55,469 nucleotides of DNA from an uncultured Alphaproteobacteria bacterium (GCA_902605135.1 CACLBK010000004.1:1-55469); one strand, 5' to 3'. Shown: positions 10,319 through 21,952, counted from the first letter of the stretch. Numbers and translations: made by a program. The notes: a model not told the origin generated them from the letters alone.

Positions 10319-10905
10319 TTTTTTGAATATAAATAATCTAGCAAATTAAATAAAGGCAATCCCATAACATTAAAATAATCTCCTTTTATGCTCTCAATAA
10401 TATTGGGCCCTAAGCTTTCTATTTGATAACATCCTACGGAGCTTAGTATTTGTTTACCTGTTTTTTTTAAGTATGTGTTTATTTGACTATTATTAAGCTT
10501 TCTTATTTTAACATAGGTTATTTCGTAATTTTCCCAAATCTTGGAACCGTTCAAGCAAATAGTTAGGCCTGACACTATTAAGTGTGTCTTTCCTGATAAA
10601 GACTTGATTTTTTTTTTCGCTTTTTCAATAGAGTTTACTTTATCTAAAATTTTTCCGTTGTGATAAATGACGGTATCACAACCCAACACAAACTTATTAG
10701 CATAAATTTTTTGTCTGCTTACACTTCTTGCTTTTTCATAAGAAAGTTTTTTTGCAAAAATCTCCGGTTTTGTCTTTCTGTTAATGGTTTTTTTGATATC
10801 TTCTTCGTTGCAGTCTGGTTTTTTTTGTGTGAAATTTAATCCTACATTTTTTAATATTTTGTATCTGGATTTACTTGAACTAGCTAATATAAATTTTTGG
10901 TGCAT
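10315..10905 (-). CDS. maf: Maf family nucleoside triphosphate pyrophosphatase
   Basis: ILASSS, GCDT, LSGKTH and GDYFNVMGLP motifs. The ATG at 10905 is preferred over the track start at 10938. Confidence 0.9.
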   Translation of the reverse strand: MHQKFILASSSKSRYKILKNVGLNFTQKKPDCNEEDIKKTINRKTKPEIFAKKLSYEKARSVSRQKIYANKFVLGCDTVIYHNGKILDKVNSIEKAKKKIKSLSGKTHLIVSGLTICLNGSKIWENYEITYVKIRKLNNSQINTYLKKTGKQILSSVGCYQIESLGPNIIESIKGDYFNVMGLPLFNLLDYLYSKK

Positions 10906-11327
10906 AAGTGTGTTAATAAAAAGTATAGTTATAAACACTATTAAATGTAATTTGAATTTAAGAAATAGTTCTTTTGTTATAAAATTGTGTTGCTAACAAC
11001 TTAATAACTTATCTGGATATTATAGACTGGGTGTTGATATATTTATTATACAAAACTAATAACAAGTTGTTAGAAGTTAATTGCGGTATAAATTATTTAA
11101 AAATAATATTTTTTTTTAATATTCTTTAAATTAACATATTTACTAAAGTTATTATTCATATGTTGGTAAATGAAGAATGACACAATAATAAAGCAATAAT
11201 TAAGCTTTTTAACATTACAACTAATACTACAATTAAATATATAAAATATATATTTATTATTATTTTGACATTGATCTAAATTTTGATTATTAAAATCTCT
11301 CATTTCTAAACTACCCCCAGCAACATT
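10906..11327. other. Candidate chromosomal replication origin (oriC)
   Basis: Large non-coding gap between divergent maf and rho, the usual alphaproteobacterial ori position. One-mismatch DnaA-box-like 9-mers at 10899-10907 (minus), 10929-10937, 11046-11054 and 11152-11160. AT-rich tracts, a G/C skew switch, and parS/parAB nearby. Confidence 0.6.
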
Positions 11328-12584
11328 ATGAACTTACAGGAATTAAAAGGAAAAGAACCTCAAGAGCTTTTAAAACAAGCTGACAAACTTGGTATAGAAA
11401 ACCCTTCATCTCTTAGAAAACAAGATTTGATGTTTTCAATTTTAAAAACAATTGCAGAAGAAGGTGAAATTATTACTGGTTTAGGGGTTATTGAAATTAT
11501 GCAAGATGGTTTTGGTTTTTTAAGATCTTCTGAATCAAACTATCTTCCTGGTCCAGACGATATTTATATTTCTCCATCACAAATTAAAAAGTTTAGTCTA
11601 CGGACTGGTGATAGCGTTGAAGGCGAGATTAGATCTCCAAAACAAGGTGAAAGATATTTTGCTATAACTAAAATTAACAAAATAAACGGTCAAGAAACTG
11701 AGTTAGTTAAAAATAGAGTTAATTTTGAAGATTTAACACCATTGTACCCTGAGGCAAGGTTCAAACTAGAACAAGAAAAACCTATGCCGGATAACACAGA
11801 AAGAATAATCGATATTATTGCCCCTCTTGGAAAAGGACAAAGACAGTTAATTGTTGCACAACCCTTCACTGGTAAAACAATAATTATGCAAAAAATTGCA
11901 AATGCTATAACTGCCAATAGTCCAGATGCTAAACTGATTGTATTACTAATTGATGAAAGGCCAGAAGAAGTCACTGATATGCAAAGATCAGTTAAAGGTG
12001 AGGTAATTAGTTCAACTTTTGATGAACCTGCTTCACGCCACGTTCAAGTTGCTGAAATGGTAATTGAGAAAGCTAAAAGATTAGTCGAATATAAACACGA
12101 TGTTGTAATTTTGCTTGATTCAATAACTAGACTTGGAAGAGCTTATAATACAGTTGTTCCCTCCAGTGGGAAGGTATTAACAGGAGGCGTTGATGCAAAC
12201 GCACTACAAAGACCCAAAAGGTTTTTTGGTGCAGCAAGAAATGTAGAAAAAGGTGGTTCTCTAACTATTATCGCTACTGCTTTAATAGATACAGGAAGCA
12301 GAATGGATGAGGTTATATTTGAAGAATTTAAGGGTACAGGTAATAGCGAAATGGTCTTAGATAGAAAACTAAGCCAAAAAAGAACTTACCCTGCATTTGA
12401 TATTGGTAAATCTGGCACAAGAAAAGAAGAATTATTACTTGATAAAAACGAGCTTGGAAAAATTTTTATTTTAAGAAAAATACTCACTCCAATGGGAAGC
12501 ACAGAAGCTATGGAATTTTTGTTAGATAAAATGAAAAACACAAAAACTAACAACGACTTCTTCCAAAGTATGGGCACCAAATAA
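11328..12584 (+). CDS. rho: Transcription termination factor Rho
   Basis: [31 protein letters not shown] and FEEFKGTGN motifs. Confidence 0.98.
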   Translation: MNLQELKGKEPQELLKQADKLGIENPSSLRKQDLMFSILKTIAEEGEIITGLGVIEIMQDGFGFLRSSESNYLPGPDDIYISPSQIKKFSLRTGDSVEGEIRSPKQGERYFAITKINKINGQETELVKNRVNFEDLTPLYPEARFKLEQEKPMPDNTERIIDIIAPLGKGQRQLIVAQPFTGKTIIMQKIANAITANSPDAKLIVLLIDERPEEVTDMQRSVKGEVISSTFDEPASRHVQVAEMVIEKAKRLVEYKHDVVILLDSITRLGRAYNTVVPSSGKVLTGGVDANALQRPKRFFGAARNVEKGGSLTIIATALIDTGSRMDEVIFEEFKGTGNSEMVLDRKLSQKRTYPAFDIGKSGTRKEELLLDKNELGKIFILRKILTPMGSTEAMEFLLDKMKNTKTNNDFFQSMGTK

Positions 12585-12647
12585 ATATTAATTTTTTTAT
12601 AATCTTTCTTATTTACTTAATATCATCTTGGGTTTAATTCCCAAAAA

Positions 12648-13934
12648 ATGAAACCTTTCAAAGACACAATCTTTGCTCTTGCTACGCAAAGAGGTAAATC
12701 AGGCATAGCAGTCTTTAGGGTTTCTGGTAAAGACTCTCACAAACTAATAAAATCAATATCTTCTAAAAAAAAATTTAAAACAAACTTTTCTTCATTAAAT
12801 AACATAATAGACAGAAAAAGCATTGTAGATCAAACGCTAACAACTTTTTTCAAATCACCTAAAAGCTACACAGGAGAGGATATGGTAGAAATATCTTGTC
12901 ATGGAAGTATTTCTGTAATTAACAAAATAACCAAAACCCTATTAAAAAAAAAAATTAGACTTGCTGATCCTGGAGAGTTTACCAAAAGAGCTTTAATGAA
13001 TGATAAACTTAGTGTTTTAGAAGCGGAAACAATTAATGATTTAGTTAATGCAGAAACAGAAAATCAAAGAAAGATAGCAATTGGAAATTTAAGTGGAAAT
13101 TTAGATAAGTTTATTAATGAAATATCAAATAAACAAAAAAAACTTCTAGCGGATATAGAGGCAATTATTGATTTTGCTGACGAAGATCTTCCAAAAGAAA
13201 TATATAAAAGCATAAAAGAACAAAACAAGAACATATATAAACAAATTGAAAATATTATCAAAAGATCATCTTTATCTAGAGAAATACACAGCGGTTTTAT
13301 AATAACTATTATTGGAAAGCCTAATACAGGTAAGTCTTCCTTTATAAATTATATTAATAACAAAGAGGTTTCTATAGTTACAAATATACCTGGAACAACC
13401 ACTGATTTAGTAAGCTCCACCCTAGATATTCAAGGTGATAAATATACCTTTGTTGATACAGCAGGAATAAGAAAATATAAGAATTTAATTGAGAAAATTG
13501 GTATTCAAAGATCTTTGGAGAGTGCAGAAAGGTCTGATTTAAATATAGTTTTTCTTAAAAATAATGAAAAGAAAAATTACAGTAAAATCAAATCAAAAAT
13601 ATTTGTTAAATCAAAATATGATACTAATAAAAAAAAGATTAATGGAGCACAAAGTATTTCATCAGTATCAGGTTATGGAATCAAAAATCTTATTAAAACC
13701 ATATCTTCAAATTTAAAGAAAAAACCAATATCTGGTCCAGTCTTTTCACGTGAAAGACATCTTGAAAGCCTAAACAAATCCCTTGTATTGCTTAAAAGTA
13801 TAGATTTAAAAGAAATAGATCTTGCTGCAGAAAATGTTAGAAGATCAATTATGTATATTGATGGAATTAATCAAAAATTTGATATTGAGAAAATTTTAGA
13901 TATAATATTTAATGATTTTTGTATTGGTAAGTAA
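12648..13934 (+). CDS. mnmE: tRNA modification GTPase MnmE
   Basis: DTIFALAT, SYTGEDMVE, GKPNTGKSS, DTAG and C-terminal FCIGK motifs. Confidence 0.96.
   Translation: MKPFKDTIFALATQRGKSGIAVFRVSGKDSHKLIKSISSKKKFKTNFSSLNNIIDRKSIVDQTLTTFFKSPKSYTGEDMVEISCHGSISVINKITKTLLKKKIRLADPGEFTKRALMNDKLSVLEAETINDLVNAETENQRKIAIGNLSGNLDKFINEISNKQKKLLADIEAIIDFADEDLPKEIYKSIKEQNKNIYKQIENIIKRSSLSREIHSGFIITIIGKPNTGKSSFINYINNKEVSIVTNIPGTTTDLVSSTLDIQGDKYTFVDTAGIRKYKNLIEKIGIQRSLESAERSDLNIVFLKNNEKKNYSKIKSKIFVKSKYDTNKKKINGAQSISSVSGYGIKNLIKTISSNLKKKPISGPVFSRERHLESLNKSLVLLKSIDLKEIDLAAENVRRSIMYIDGINQKFDIEKILDIIFNDFCIGK
13744..13755. promoter_or_regulatory. parS-like palindrome inside mnmE
   Basis: TTTCACGTGAAA is the 12-bp core of the parS consensus TGTTTCACGTGAAACA. 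Confidence 0.7.
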
Positions 13935-13946
13935 TTTCACGTGAAA
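13935..13946. promoter_or_regulatory. parS-like palindrome at the mnmE/mnmG junction
   Basis: Second TTTCACGTGAAA, about 2.5 kb upstream of parA. Confidence 0.75.
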
Positions 13947-15818
13947 AGAGACATGGATAATAAACTTGATGTAATTGTAATTGGTGGGGGGCATGCAGGT
14001 GTAGAAGCAGCATGCTCATCTGCAAGAACTGGTTCAAAAACAGTATTAATTACTCATAAAATTGAAAAAATAGGAGAAATGTCTTGTAATCCTGCAATTG
14101 GAGGTCTTGGAAAAGGACATCTTGTAAAGGAGATAGATGCCTTAGATGGAATAATGGCCAAAGCTACAGACAAAGCCTGTATACAATTTAGAATGTTAAA
14201 CTCCAGTAGAGGTGCGGCTGTAAGGGGTCCAAGGGCTCAAACAGACCGTATTTTATATAAAAATGCTATAAATGAACTCGTATCTGAGCAAAAAAACCTT
14301 CAAATTATCGAAGGATCAGTCGAAGATTTAATTGTTTCAAAAAATCAGGTAATGGGTGTTGTTTTAGGTGATAACAAAAAGATATTTTCCAAATCTGTAG
14401 TTTTAACCACAGGCACTTTCTTGCAGGGATTAATAAGAATAGGTTCTGAGAAGCAAGAAGCAGGAAGAGTTGGAGATAAGCCCTCAATAAAGCTTGCAAT
14501 AAGGCTTAAAGAGCTAAAGTTTTCAATAGGTAGATTAAAGACAGGAACACCCCCAAGATTACTTAAAAAAACTATAAAATTCAATGACTTAGATGAACAG
14601 CACCCAGATAAAAAGTCTATTCCATTTTCTTTTATCAACAGAGATATCCACATTCCTCAAATATCTTGTTTTATTACACATACTAATAAAAAAACACATG
14701 AAATAATTGAGCAGAACCTTAACCTATCACCAATGTATTCTGGAGAAATACAATCAATGGGAGCTAGGTATTGCCCTTCTATTGAAGATAAGATTTATAA
14801 ATTCAAAAATAAGTCATCACATCAGATATTTCTTGAGCCAGAAGGATTAGATAGTGATTTAATATATCCAAACGGAATATCTTCTTCACTTCCAACTGAA
14901 ATTCAAGAGCAGTTTGTTAAAACGATTAAAGGTTTAGAGAATGTTACAATTACACAACCTGCATATGCCATTGAATATGATTTTGTTAACCCACAAGAGC
15001 TAACGCACACGCTTGAAACAAAAAAAATTAAAAATTTATTTTTTGCAGGACAGATAAATGGAACAACTGGATACGAAGAAGCGGCTGCACAAGGCATAAT
15101 GGCCGGGATAAACGCATCACTTAAAACAACATCTAATAAAGAATTTATAATACCTAGGTCCTCTGGATATATAGGTGTTTTAATAGATGATTTAGTTACA
15201 AAAGGAACTAAAGAGCCATACAGAATGTTTACTTCTAGGTCGGAATATAGACTTTTACTTCGGGCTGATAATGCAGACTTAAGACTTACTCCTCTTGGTA
15301 TTGATATTGGTTGTGTTGATATAGATAGGCAAAGAGAGTTCCAAAAAAAATCTGAAAGGATAAAAGAGGGGTTTAAGTTTGTTAAAAACCATAAATTCTC
15401 CCCAGATGCACTCCTAAAAAAAGGGATAAAAATAAATAAAGATGGAAAGAAAAGAAATATTATAGACCTTTTGTCATTTTCTAATATTACAACCCCTAAG
15501 CTAAAAAAAATCCTTCCTGAATTAAATGATTTAGAAGATGATGTAATAGAACAAATTGAAATTGAAGCTAAGTATGCAGGTTATCTTGATAGACAAAGGA
15601 TGGATATAGAAGACTTTGAAAAAGAAGAAAACTTGGTAATTCCTAAATCAACTAATTATAAAATGGTTGGAAGTCTATCTAATGAGGTAGTTGAAAAATT
15701 ATCAAAAATTAAACCACCAACTCTTGGAGCGGCCTCAAGAATATCAGGTGTAACGCCTGCAGCCACCATAGCCCTTCTTAGATATATTAAAAAAAATAAA
15801 AATAAAAAAGCAGCATAA
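13941..15818 (+). CDS. mnmG: tRNA uridine-5-carboxymethylaminomethyl synthesis enzyme (GidA)
   Basis: [31 protein letters not shown] and [16 protein letters not shown] motifs. True start may be the ATG at 13953. Confidence 0.98.
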   Translation: MKRDMDNKLDVIVIGGGHAGVEAACSSARTGSKTVLITHKIEKIGEMSCNPAIGGLGKGHLVKEIDALDGIMAKATDKACIQFRMLNSSRGAAVRGPRAQTDRILYKNAINELVSEQKNLQIIEGSVEDLIVSKNQVMGVVLGDNKKIFSKSVVLTTGTFLQGLIRIGSEKQEAGRVGDKPSIKLAIRLKELKFSIGRLKTGTPPRLLKKTIKFNDLDEQHPDKKSIPFSFINRDIHIPQISCFITHTNKKTHEIIEQNLNLSPMYSGEIQSMGARYCPSIEDKIYKFKNKSSHQIFLEPEGLDSDLIYPNGISSSLPTEIQEQFVKTIKGLENVTITQPAYAIEYDFVNPQELTHTLETKKIKNLFFAGQINGTTGYEEAAAQGIMAGINASLKTTSNKEFIIPRSSGYIGVLIDDLVTKGTKEPYRMFTSRSEYRLLLRADNADLRLTPLGIDIGCVDIDRQREFQKKSERIKEGFKFVKNHKFSPDALLKKGIKINKDGKKRNIIDLLSFSNITTPKLKKILPELNDLEDDVIEQIEIEAKYAGYLDRQRMDIEDFEKEENLVIPKSTNYKMVGSLSNEVVEKLSKIKPPTLGAASRISGVTPAATIALLRYIKKNKNKKAA

Positions 15819-15819
15819 T

Positions 15820-16425
15820 TTGGATAAAAGTGCTGTAATAAAAAAATATAATCTTAGCAGAAAGCAAATTGATTTAATCGATAGTTACATACTGAAGTTA
15901 ACAAAAAGCAACAAAATACACAACTTAGTAGGCCCTTCCACAATTGATGTTGCATGGGATAGACATATTAATGATTCATTACAATTGTCTGAATTTATTT
16001 TGAAAAAAAATGCATCAATAGTAGATCTTGGCACTGGCGCAGGGTTACCAGGTGTGATCTTACATATTTTTGGGTATTCAAATATATTATTGCTCGACTC
16101 CAAGATGAAAAAAATAAACTTCATTAAAGAATTCGCATACGAGCAGAATTTAGTAATAAAAACTATTTGCACAAGGGTTGAAAAAATCAAAAATCAAAAA
16201 TTTAACTTTATTATTTGTCGAGCTTTCGCACCATTAATTAAATTATTAGATTATTCACGTTTTTTTACTAAAAAAAATACATCACTTCTTTTTCTTAAAG
16301 GAAGAAGTGTTAAGAAAGAAATTGAAGATGCAAAAAAATATTTTAGCCTTGAATACAACCTTTATCAAAGCAAAAGTGAAGGTGATGGATTTGTACTTAA
16401 AATAAATAAATTTAAAAAACTGTGA
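15820..16425 (+). CDS. rsmG: 16S rRNA m7G527 methyltransferase (GidB)
   Basis: RHINDS, DLGTGAGLPG, RAFA and LKG motifs; lies between mnmG and parA. Confidence 0.94.
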   Translation: MDKSAVIKKYNLSRKQIDLIDSYILKLTKSNKIHNLVGPSTIDVAWDRHINDSLQLSEFILKKNASIVDLGTGAGLPGVILHIFGYSNILLLDSKMKKINFIKEFAYEQNLVIKTICTRVEKIKNQKFNFIICRAFAPLIKLLDYSRFFTKKNTSLLFLKGRSVKKEIEDAKKYFSLEYNLYQSKSEGDGFVLKINKFKKL

Positions 16426-17195
16426 AAAAAATAATTTCTATATCTAACCAAAAAGGTGGCGTTGGCAAAACCACAACAACTATAAATCTTGCTACCTCAT
16501 TAGCTGCAGTAAAAAAAAATGTTTTAATTGTTGATGCTGACCCACAAGGTAATGCAAGCACTGGACTAGGCCTATCTTATGATGCAAGAAAACCAACAAT
16601 TTATGAAATGATCCATGAAAAAAAACTTTTAGCTGAAGGAATTAAAGAAACACTAATTCCTGGTCTTAAAATAATCGGATCAAATATAGATCTAGCGGCG
16701 GCCGAGGTGGAGTTGACAAATTTTGAAAAAAGAGAATTTATTTTAAAATCTATATTTTCTGAAATTAATGATTTTGATTTCATTTTTGTTGATTGCCCAC
16801 CTGCACTTGGGCTTCTAACAATCAATTCATTAGTTGCATCTGATACTACACTTATTCCTCTTCAGTCAGAGTTTTTTGCCCTTGAGGGTCTTTCAGCTTT
16901 AATGAACACAATTAAATTGATTCAAGAAAATTATAATAAAGATTTAAAAATTGAGGGAATATTACTTACAATGCTAGACAAAAGAAATTCATTAAGCTCG
17001 CTCGTAGAGAAAGATGTGAGGCAACATTTTGGAAATCAGGTATACAAAACCACAATTCCAAGAAACGTTAAAATATCTGAAGCTCCTAGTCATGGCAAAC
17101 CAGCATTAGTATACGATACACAAGCTGCAGGCTCTTTAGCTTATATTGAGCTTGCAAAAGAAGTCATTTTAAATCAAAATAAAAATTATGAATAA
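16422..17195 (+). CDS. parA: Chromosome partitioning ATPase
   Basis: NQKGGVGKTT, DPQGN, DCPP and EAPSHG motifs. Confidence 0.96.
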   Translation: MKKIISISNQKGGVGKTTTTINLATSLAAVKKNVLIVDADPQGNASTGLGLSYDARKPTIYEMIHEKKLLAEGIKETLIPGLKIIGSNIDLAAAEVELTNFEKREFILKSIFSEINDFDFIFVDCPPALGLLTINSLVASDTTLIPLQSEFFALEGLSALMNTIKLIQENYNKDLKIEGILLTMLDKRNSLSSLVEKDVRQHFGNQVYKTTIPRNVKISEAPSHGKPALVYDTQAAGSLAYIELAKEVILNQNKNYE

Positions 17196-18030
17196 AGAAA
17201 ACAAACTAGGTATGGGCCTAGGGGCTCTTTTATCAACGACTATTGATAGTAATTCAAACGATAGTGGGATTCAAAAAATCAACATTTCTCAAATAGTACC
17301 AAACCCTAAACAACCAAGAAAAATTTTTAAAGACGAAGAGCTTAAAGGGCTTTCTTCATCAATAAAGAATCAGGGCTTGATACAACCAATAATTGTAAAA
17401 CCAGCAACAGATAACCAATTTCAGATTATTGCTGGAGAAAGAAGGTGGAGAGCGTGCCAACTAAATGGAATGCACGAGGTAGATTGTGTTGTTAAAGATC
17501 TTGACGATACTAATGTTTTAGAAGCAGCTTTAATTGAAAATATTCAAAGGGAAGACCTAAATATAATAGAGGAAGCAAATGCATATAAAGGATTAATCGA
17601 AATAAAAGGTGTTAATAATGAAAGCCTTTCTAAATTAATTGGCAAAAGCTCGAGTCATATTTCAAATACTTTACGCCTCTTAGAGCTTGATAGAAAAATA
17701 CAAGAGATGGTAATAAATGGTGATCTAACTATGGGACACGCAAGAGCGCTTATTGGCGTTCCTGATGCTATTAAAAAAGCAAATGAAATAATTGAAAAAA
17801 AACTAAGTGTAAGACAGACTGAGAAGATTACAGCCGAGTTCAAGAATAATAAAAAAAAGAAATTCTCAAAAGACCCAAATATATTAGATTTAGAAAAAGA
17901 ACTTTCTGATAAAATAGGCTTAAAAACATCTATACAATTTAATGAAAACGGATCTTCTGGATCTTTAACGCTGTATTATTCTGATTTAAATCAACTAGAC
18001 GATTTAATGAAAAGACTTAAGAAACAGTAA
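17188..18030 (+). CDS. parB: Chromosome partitioning protein
   Basis: LGMGLGALL, QPR, AGERRWRA, ENIQREDL and MGHARAL motifs. Confidence 0.96.
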   Translation: MNKENKLGMGLGALLSTTIDSNSNDSGIQKINISQIVPNPKQPRKIFKDEELKGLSSSIKNQGLIQPIIVKPATDNQFQIIAGERRWRACQLNGMHEVDCVVKDLDDTNVLEAALIENIQREDLNIIEEANAYKGLIEIKGVNNESLSKLIGKSSSHISNTLRLLELDRKIQEMVINGDLTMGHARALIGVPDAIKKANEIIEKKLSVRQTEKITAEFKNNKKKKFSKDPNILDLEKELSDKIGLKTSIQFNENGSSGSLTLYYSDLNQLDDLMKRLKKQ

Positions 18031-18955
18031 TTTTTTTTATACTCAAAAGAAAGCGCAAACAATAAACTAATGACAAACCTCTTTCTTTTCGCAAAACCTT
18101 TTCTGTTGATGAGAGTAGCCTAACAAGCATTTTTTTCTTTTTAGAGTTATATTTTTTATAAAACTCAATTAAAAAATTTTTTTCTTTAAATAAATAAGCA
18201 GGTATTTTTTTTTGATATTCATTTATATTATTGGCTTCTATAATTAATTGACAAAAAAATTTACTCTTATAATAGAGATCATTTGCATCTGAATTATTTA
18301 TAATTTTACTTCTATATACCTCAATTATTTCTTTGTTATTTTTCAATAAATTAAAAAAGATTTTTTCTTTTCCAGTATCATCTATTGTTAGAAGCCTTCT
18401 AATATTGTCAACACTGACCTCTATTCCACCTAAACCCAAGATCTTTCTCAAACTTGTTTCAAAAAACATATATTTGCTCTCAAGTTTTTCAACCATTAGC
18501 CAATATGCATCTTTTGATACAATTAACTTATTATCACTTATAAATTTATTTAAAATTTTTATTCTTGAATCTCTTTCCAACTCATAACAATCAAGCAAAC
18601 AACAGTCCTTTTCTTTATAAAAAAAATTTTTAGTTTTTTTAATACTGCTAGAATTCTCTTGTATAAATATAAAAATATTATTTGATTTTCTTATATTGTT
18701 AAAAGCTTTCTCATCAAAGCCTTTGCAACTATTGAACAAATATATCTTTTTGTTTTCAAATAAACCAACCTCATCTACAAATTCTTTTAATGAGTCGATT
18801 TTTGTTACCAAGGCCATTTCTTTTTGTTGACACTTATCTATAATTAAAGACTTTGTTTTTTCTATAAGTGTGGGCTCATTACCACTAATAAAAAAAAATT
18901 GCTTATCAGGTATTGCCTCTTTGTTTAGTAAAACATCTATAGGCGCTACTTTCAT
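18017..18955 (-). CDS. holA: Divergent DNA polymerase III delta subunit
   Basis: Position in the leuS-lptE-holA block, FISGNE and CYE motifs, size about 310 aa. The ATG at 18955 overlaps the upstream stop. Confidence 0.7.
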   Translation of the reverse strand: MKVAPIDVLLNKEAIPDKQFFFISGNEPTLIEKTKSLIIDKCQQKEMALVTKIDSLKEFVDEVGLFENKKIYLFNSCKGFDEKAFNNIRKSNNIFIFIQENSSSIKKTKNFFYKEKDCCLLDCYELERDSRIKILNKFISDNKLIVSKDAYWLMVEKLESKYMFFETSLRKILGLGGIEVSVDNIRRLLTIDDTGKEKIFFNLLKNNKEIIEVYRSKIINNSDANDLYYKSKFFCQLIIEANNINEYQKKIPAYLFKEKNFLIEFYKKYNSKKKKMLVRLLSSTEKVLRKERGLSLVYCLRFLLSIKKITVS

Positions 18956-19443
18956 AAACAATTTTCTATATTTATTTCAGATAAAGAAGACACAAATTGA
19001 TTCAAACTCTCTCTTATTGCTAGCTCATACTTTTTTTCTAAAGAAGCATCTGTTCCATAATTATAACCAGATGACTTAGATATAATTGAAAAATTAGAAG
19101 TTATTTCCTTTTCATAACTTATACAATTATCTTTTTTTAACATAAGGGTATAAAAAAACCTCAATTCATATTTTAGGTTTGATGCTGCTTGGTTTGTTTC
19201 TACTGATATATTTGTTTTTCTCTCAGTAATATTTATTATAAGTTTGAAGACATTTTCATTATTATTACCAAAATACATAGGTAAATATGAGTTCATAAAA
19301 TTAAAATTAATTCCAGACGTACCAACTTCTGTTTTTTGAAAAAGTGGGTTTACAAGATTCTTATTATCTTTGTAAACAAAATCCACACCACTGCAAGATG
19401 CTAAAAAGTAAAAAAAAACAACAATGATTAGTTTTTTCATCAA
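18952..19443 (-). CDS. lptE: LptE-like lipoprotein
   Basis: Lipobox LASC; conserved position between leuS and holA; sequence divergent. Confidence 0.6.
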   Translation of the reverse strand: MMKKLIIVVFFYFLASCSGVDFVYKDNKNLVNPLFQKTEVGTSGINFNFMNSYLPMYFGNNNENVFKLIINITERKTNISVETNQAASNLKYELRFFYTLMLKKDNCISYEKEITSNFSIISKSSGYNYGTDASLEKKYELAIRESLNQFVSSLSEINIENCL

Positions 19444-21950
19444 ACAACCAAATTAATAATTTTACCCGGAACATATATTTCCCTTATAATGTTTTTTCCA
19501 GATATATTCTTTTTAATCTTATCGTTATTTTTTACTAACTCCAAAACCATTTGTTTTGATAATGAGTCATCAATTTCAATAATTTCTTTTGTTTTACCAT
19601 TAATTTGAATAGCTAATTTAAATTTTGTTTTTTTCTTCACTTCTTCTACTGGCCAACTTTGATTAATACATAAGGTGCTATTATCAATATTTGACCATAT
19701 CTCTTCGCTTATATGCGGTATAAAAGGGTGTAGAATTACTGACAGCTTTCCAAGAGACCATTTAAAACCTTTTTCTGACATTTTTTTTTCTGATAAAGAA
19801 TTGCTGAGAATATTCACAAACTCATATATTTTTGCAACAGATTTATTAAACTGAAAAGATTCTATATTTTCAGACACCTCATTAATAATACTTTTTAAAT
19901 TATCTAATATATCAAAATCTTCTACAGAAGCTGATTTATAATTTTTAGACCTATCAACCAATTCATAAACCTTATTAATAAACTTAAAAGAAGCAGATAT
20001 CCCAGTCTCAGTCCACTGCAAATCTCTTTCTGGCGGACTATCAGATAACATAAACCATCTAGCTGTGTCTGCACCATATGAATTAATAATATCATTAGGA
20101 TCCACAACGTTTTTTTTTGACTTACTCATTTTTTCAATTTTTCCTGTTTCAACATCATACCCATTTATGTCTTTTAGTTGTCCATCAATTTTTTCAACAT
20201 CTTTAGGCTCAACCCATTCACCCTTTTTATTAAAGTATGTTAAGTGAGTAACCATGCCTTGAGTGAACAAACCTTTAAAAGGTTCATTTAAATTAAAATA
20301 ATTAAGATCTCGTAAGGCTTTAGTAAAAAACCTCGAATAAAGTAGATGCAATATAGCATGTTCAATTCCTCCAATATATTGATCAACTGGTAACCAATAT
20401 TCTATATCTTTTTTCTCAAAAGGTTTGTCTAATCTCGAATTACAATATCGAAAATAATACCAAGATGATTCAAAAAATGTATCAAATGTATCTGTTTCTC
20501 TGTATGCCTTCATACCAGTTTTTGGACAAACAGTCTCTTTCCAAGAGGAAATATTACTTAGTGCACTTGAAGATTCACTAAAGTTTTCCACTTCAGGAAG
20601 TTTTATAGGAAGGTCTACTTCTTCAACTGTTAATATTTCACCATCCTCTCTGTAAATAATAGGTATGGGACAACCCCAGAATCTTTGCCTTGAAATACCC
20701 CAATCTCTTAATTTAAAATTTACTTTCTTTTTTCCTATTTTTTTATTTTCTATTTCATCAATTATTTTATTTTTCGCATCGTTTATATTTAATCCGTTTA
20801 AAAATTCAGAATTAATTAAGATTCCTTCATCAGTAAACGCTTCATCATTAATATTGAAAGAATTTAAATTAACATTATTTGGTTTGACAACAGGTATTAC
20901 CTCAAGATTATATTGTCTTGCAAAATCTAAATCTCTTTGATCATGTGCAGGACATCCAAAAATAGCGCCAAGCCCATACTCCTTTAGAACAAAATTAGCC
21001 ACAAAGATTGGAAGTTTTTTACCTCTTATAAAAGGATGGTCTACGAATAAATTTATATTGAACCCCTTTTTAGTTTTCTCAGGGTTTAACCTTTCACAAC
21101 TTTTGATGAATTTTTGTAACTCAATATTTTTTTTCGAAATCTCAACAACTAATTCATGTTCACTTGATAGCGCTATAAAGGTAGCTCCAAAAATTGTATC
21201 AGGCCTGGTTGTAAATACTTTAATTTTTTTATTATTTTCTAGAACTTTAAAATCTATTTCAGCACCTGTTGATTTACCAATCCAATTAGATTGCATAATT
21301 TTTACTTTATTTGGCCAATTATTTAATTTTTCTAAATCTCTTAAAAGCTCGTCTGAGTATTTGCTAATTTTTAAAAACCATTGCGATAGTTTTTTCTTTT
21401 CTACAACTGCTCCAGACCTCCATCCTCTACCATCAATAACTTGTTCATTTGCTAAAACCGTTTTATCTATTGGGTCCCAATTAACCTCAGCCTCTTTTTT
21501 ATAGGCTAGTCCTGCTTTAAACATATCTATAAAAAACTTTTGCTCATGTTTATAATAATCAGGATGACACGTCGCAATTTCTCTTGTCCAATCTAAAGAT
21601 AAACCCATTTTTAAAAGTTGGTTTTTCATTGTTTTTATATTTTGATAAGTCCAACTTTCAGGGTGTTTTTTTTCAGTTAATGCAGCATTCTCAGCTGGAA
21701 GACCAAAGGCATCCCAGCCCATAGGGTGTAAAACATTATAACCTTTCATCCGCTTGTATCTTGCAACTACATCGCCTAAGGTATAATTTCTAACATGACC
21801 CATATGTATTTTTCCTGAGGGATAAGGAAACATTTCTAATACATAAAATTTTTCTTTATTTTGATCTATTTCTGTTTGAAAAATTTTTTTATCTGACCAA
21901 ACCGTCTGCCATTTTTTTTCAACTTCTTTATGATTGTATCTCGATGACAC
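19440..21950 (-). CDS. leuS: Leucine--tRNA ligase
   Basis: [32 protein letters not shown] and KMSKS motifs. Confidence 0.98.
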   Translation of the reverse strand: MSSRYNHKEVEKKWQTVWSDKKIFQTEIDQNKEKFYVLEMFPYPSGKIHMGHVRNYTLGDVVARYKRMKGYNVLHPMGWDAFGLPAENAALTEKKHPESWTYQNIKTMKNQLLKMGLSLDWTREIATCHPDYYKHEQKFFIDMFKAGLAYKKEAEVNWDPIDKTVLANEQVIDGRGWRSGAVVEKKKLSQWFLKISKYSDELLRDLEKLNNWPNKVKIMQSNWIGKSTGAEIDFKVLENNKKIKVFTTRPDTIFGATFIALSSEHELVVEISKKNIELQKFIKSCERLNPEKTKKGFNINLFVDHPFIRGKKLPIFVANFVLKEYGLGAIFGCPAHDQRDLDFARQYNLEVIPVVKPNNVNLNSFNINDEAFTDEGILINSEFLNGLNINDAKNKIIDEIENKKIGKKKVNFKLRDWGISRQRFWGCPIPIIYREDGEILTVEEVDLPIKLPEVENFSESSSALSNISSWKETVCPKTGMKAYRETDTFDTFFESSWYYFRYCNSRLDKPFEKKDIEYWLPVDQYIGGIEHAILHLLYSRFFTKALRDLNYFNLNEPFKGLFTQGMVTHLTYFNKKGEWVEPKDVEKIDGQLKDINGYDVETGKIEKMSKSKKNVVDPNDIINSYGADTARWFMLSDSPPERDLQWTETGISASFKFINKVYELVDRSKNYKSASVEDFDILDNLKSIINEVSENIESFQFNKSVAKIYEFVNILSNSLSEKKMSEKGFKWSLGKLSVILHPFIPHISEEIWSNIDNSTLCINQSWPVEEVKKKTKFKLAIQINGKTKEIIEIDDSLSKQMVLELVKNNDKIKKNISGKNIIREIYVPGKIINLVV

Positions 21951-21952
21951 TT

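Noticed and set aside
10897-11160. Possible dif site (TTGGTGCATAA at 10897; AATTAACATAT near 11129) that could explain the terminus-like skew
   Set aside because: Only one arm matches in each case; the partner XerC/XerD arm at 6-bp spacing is missing.
11097-11303. 68-aa minus-strand ORF in the maf-rho gap
   Set aside because: Low-complexity Asn/Phe/Ile sequence within the AT-rich putative origin; no resemblance to Hem proteins or any family I recognise.
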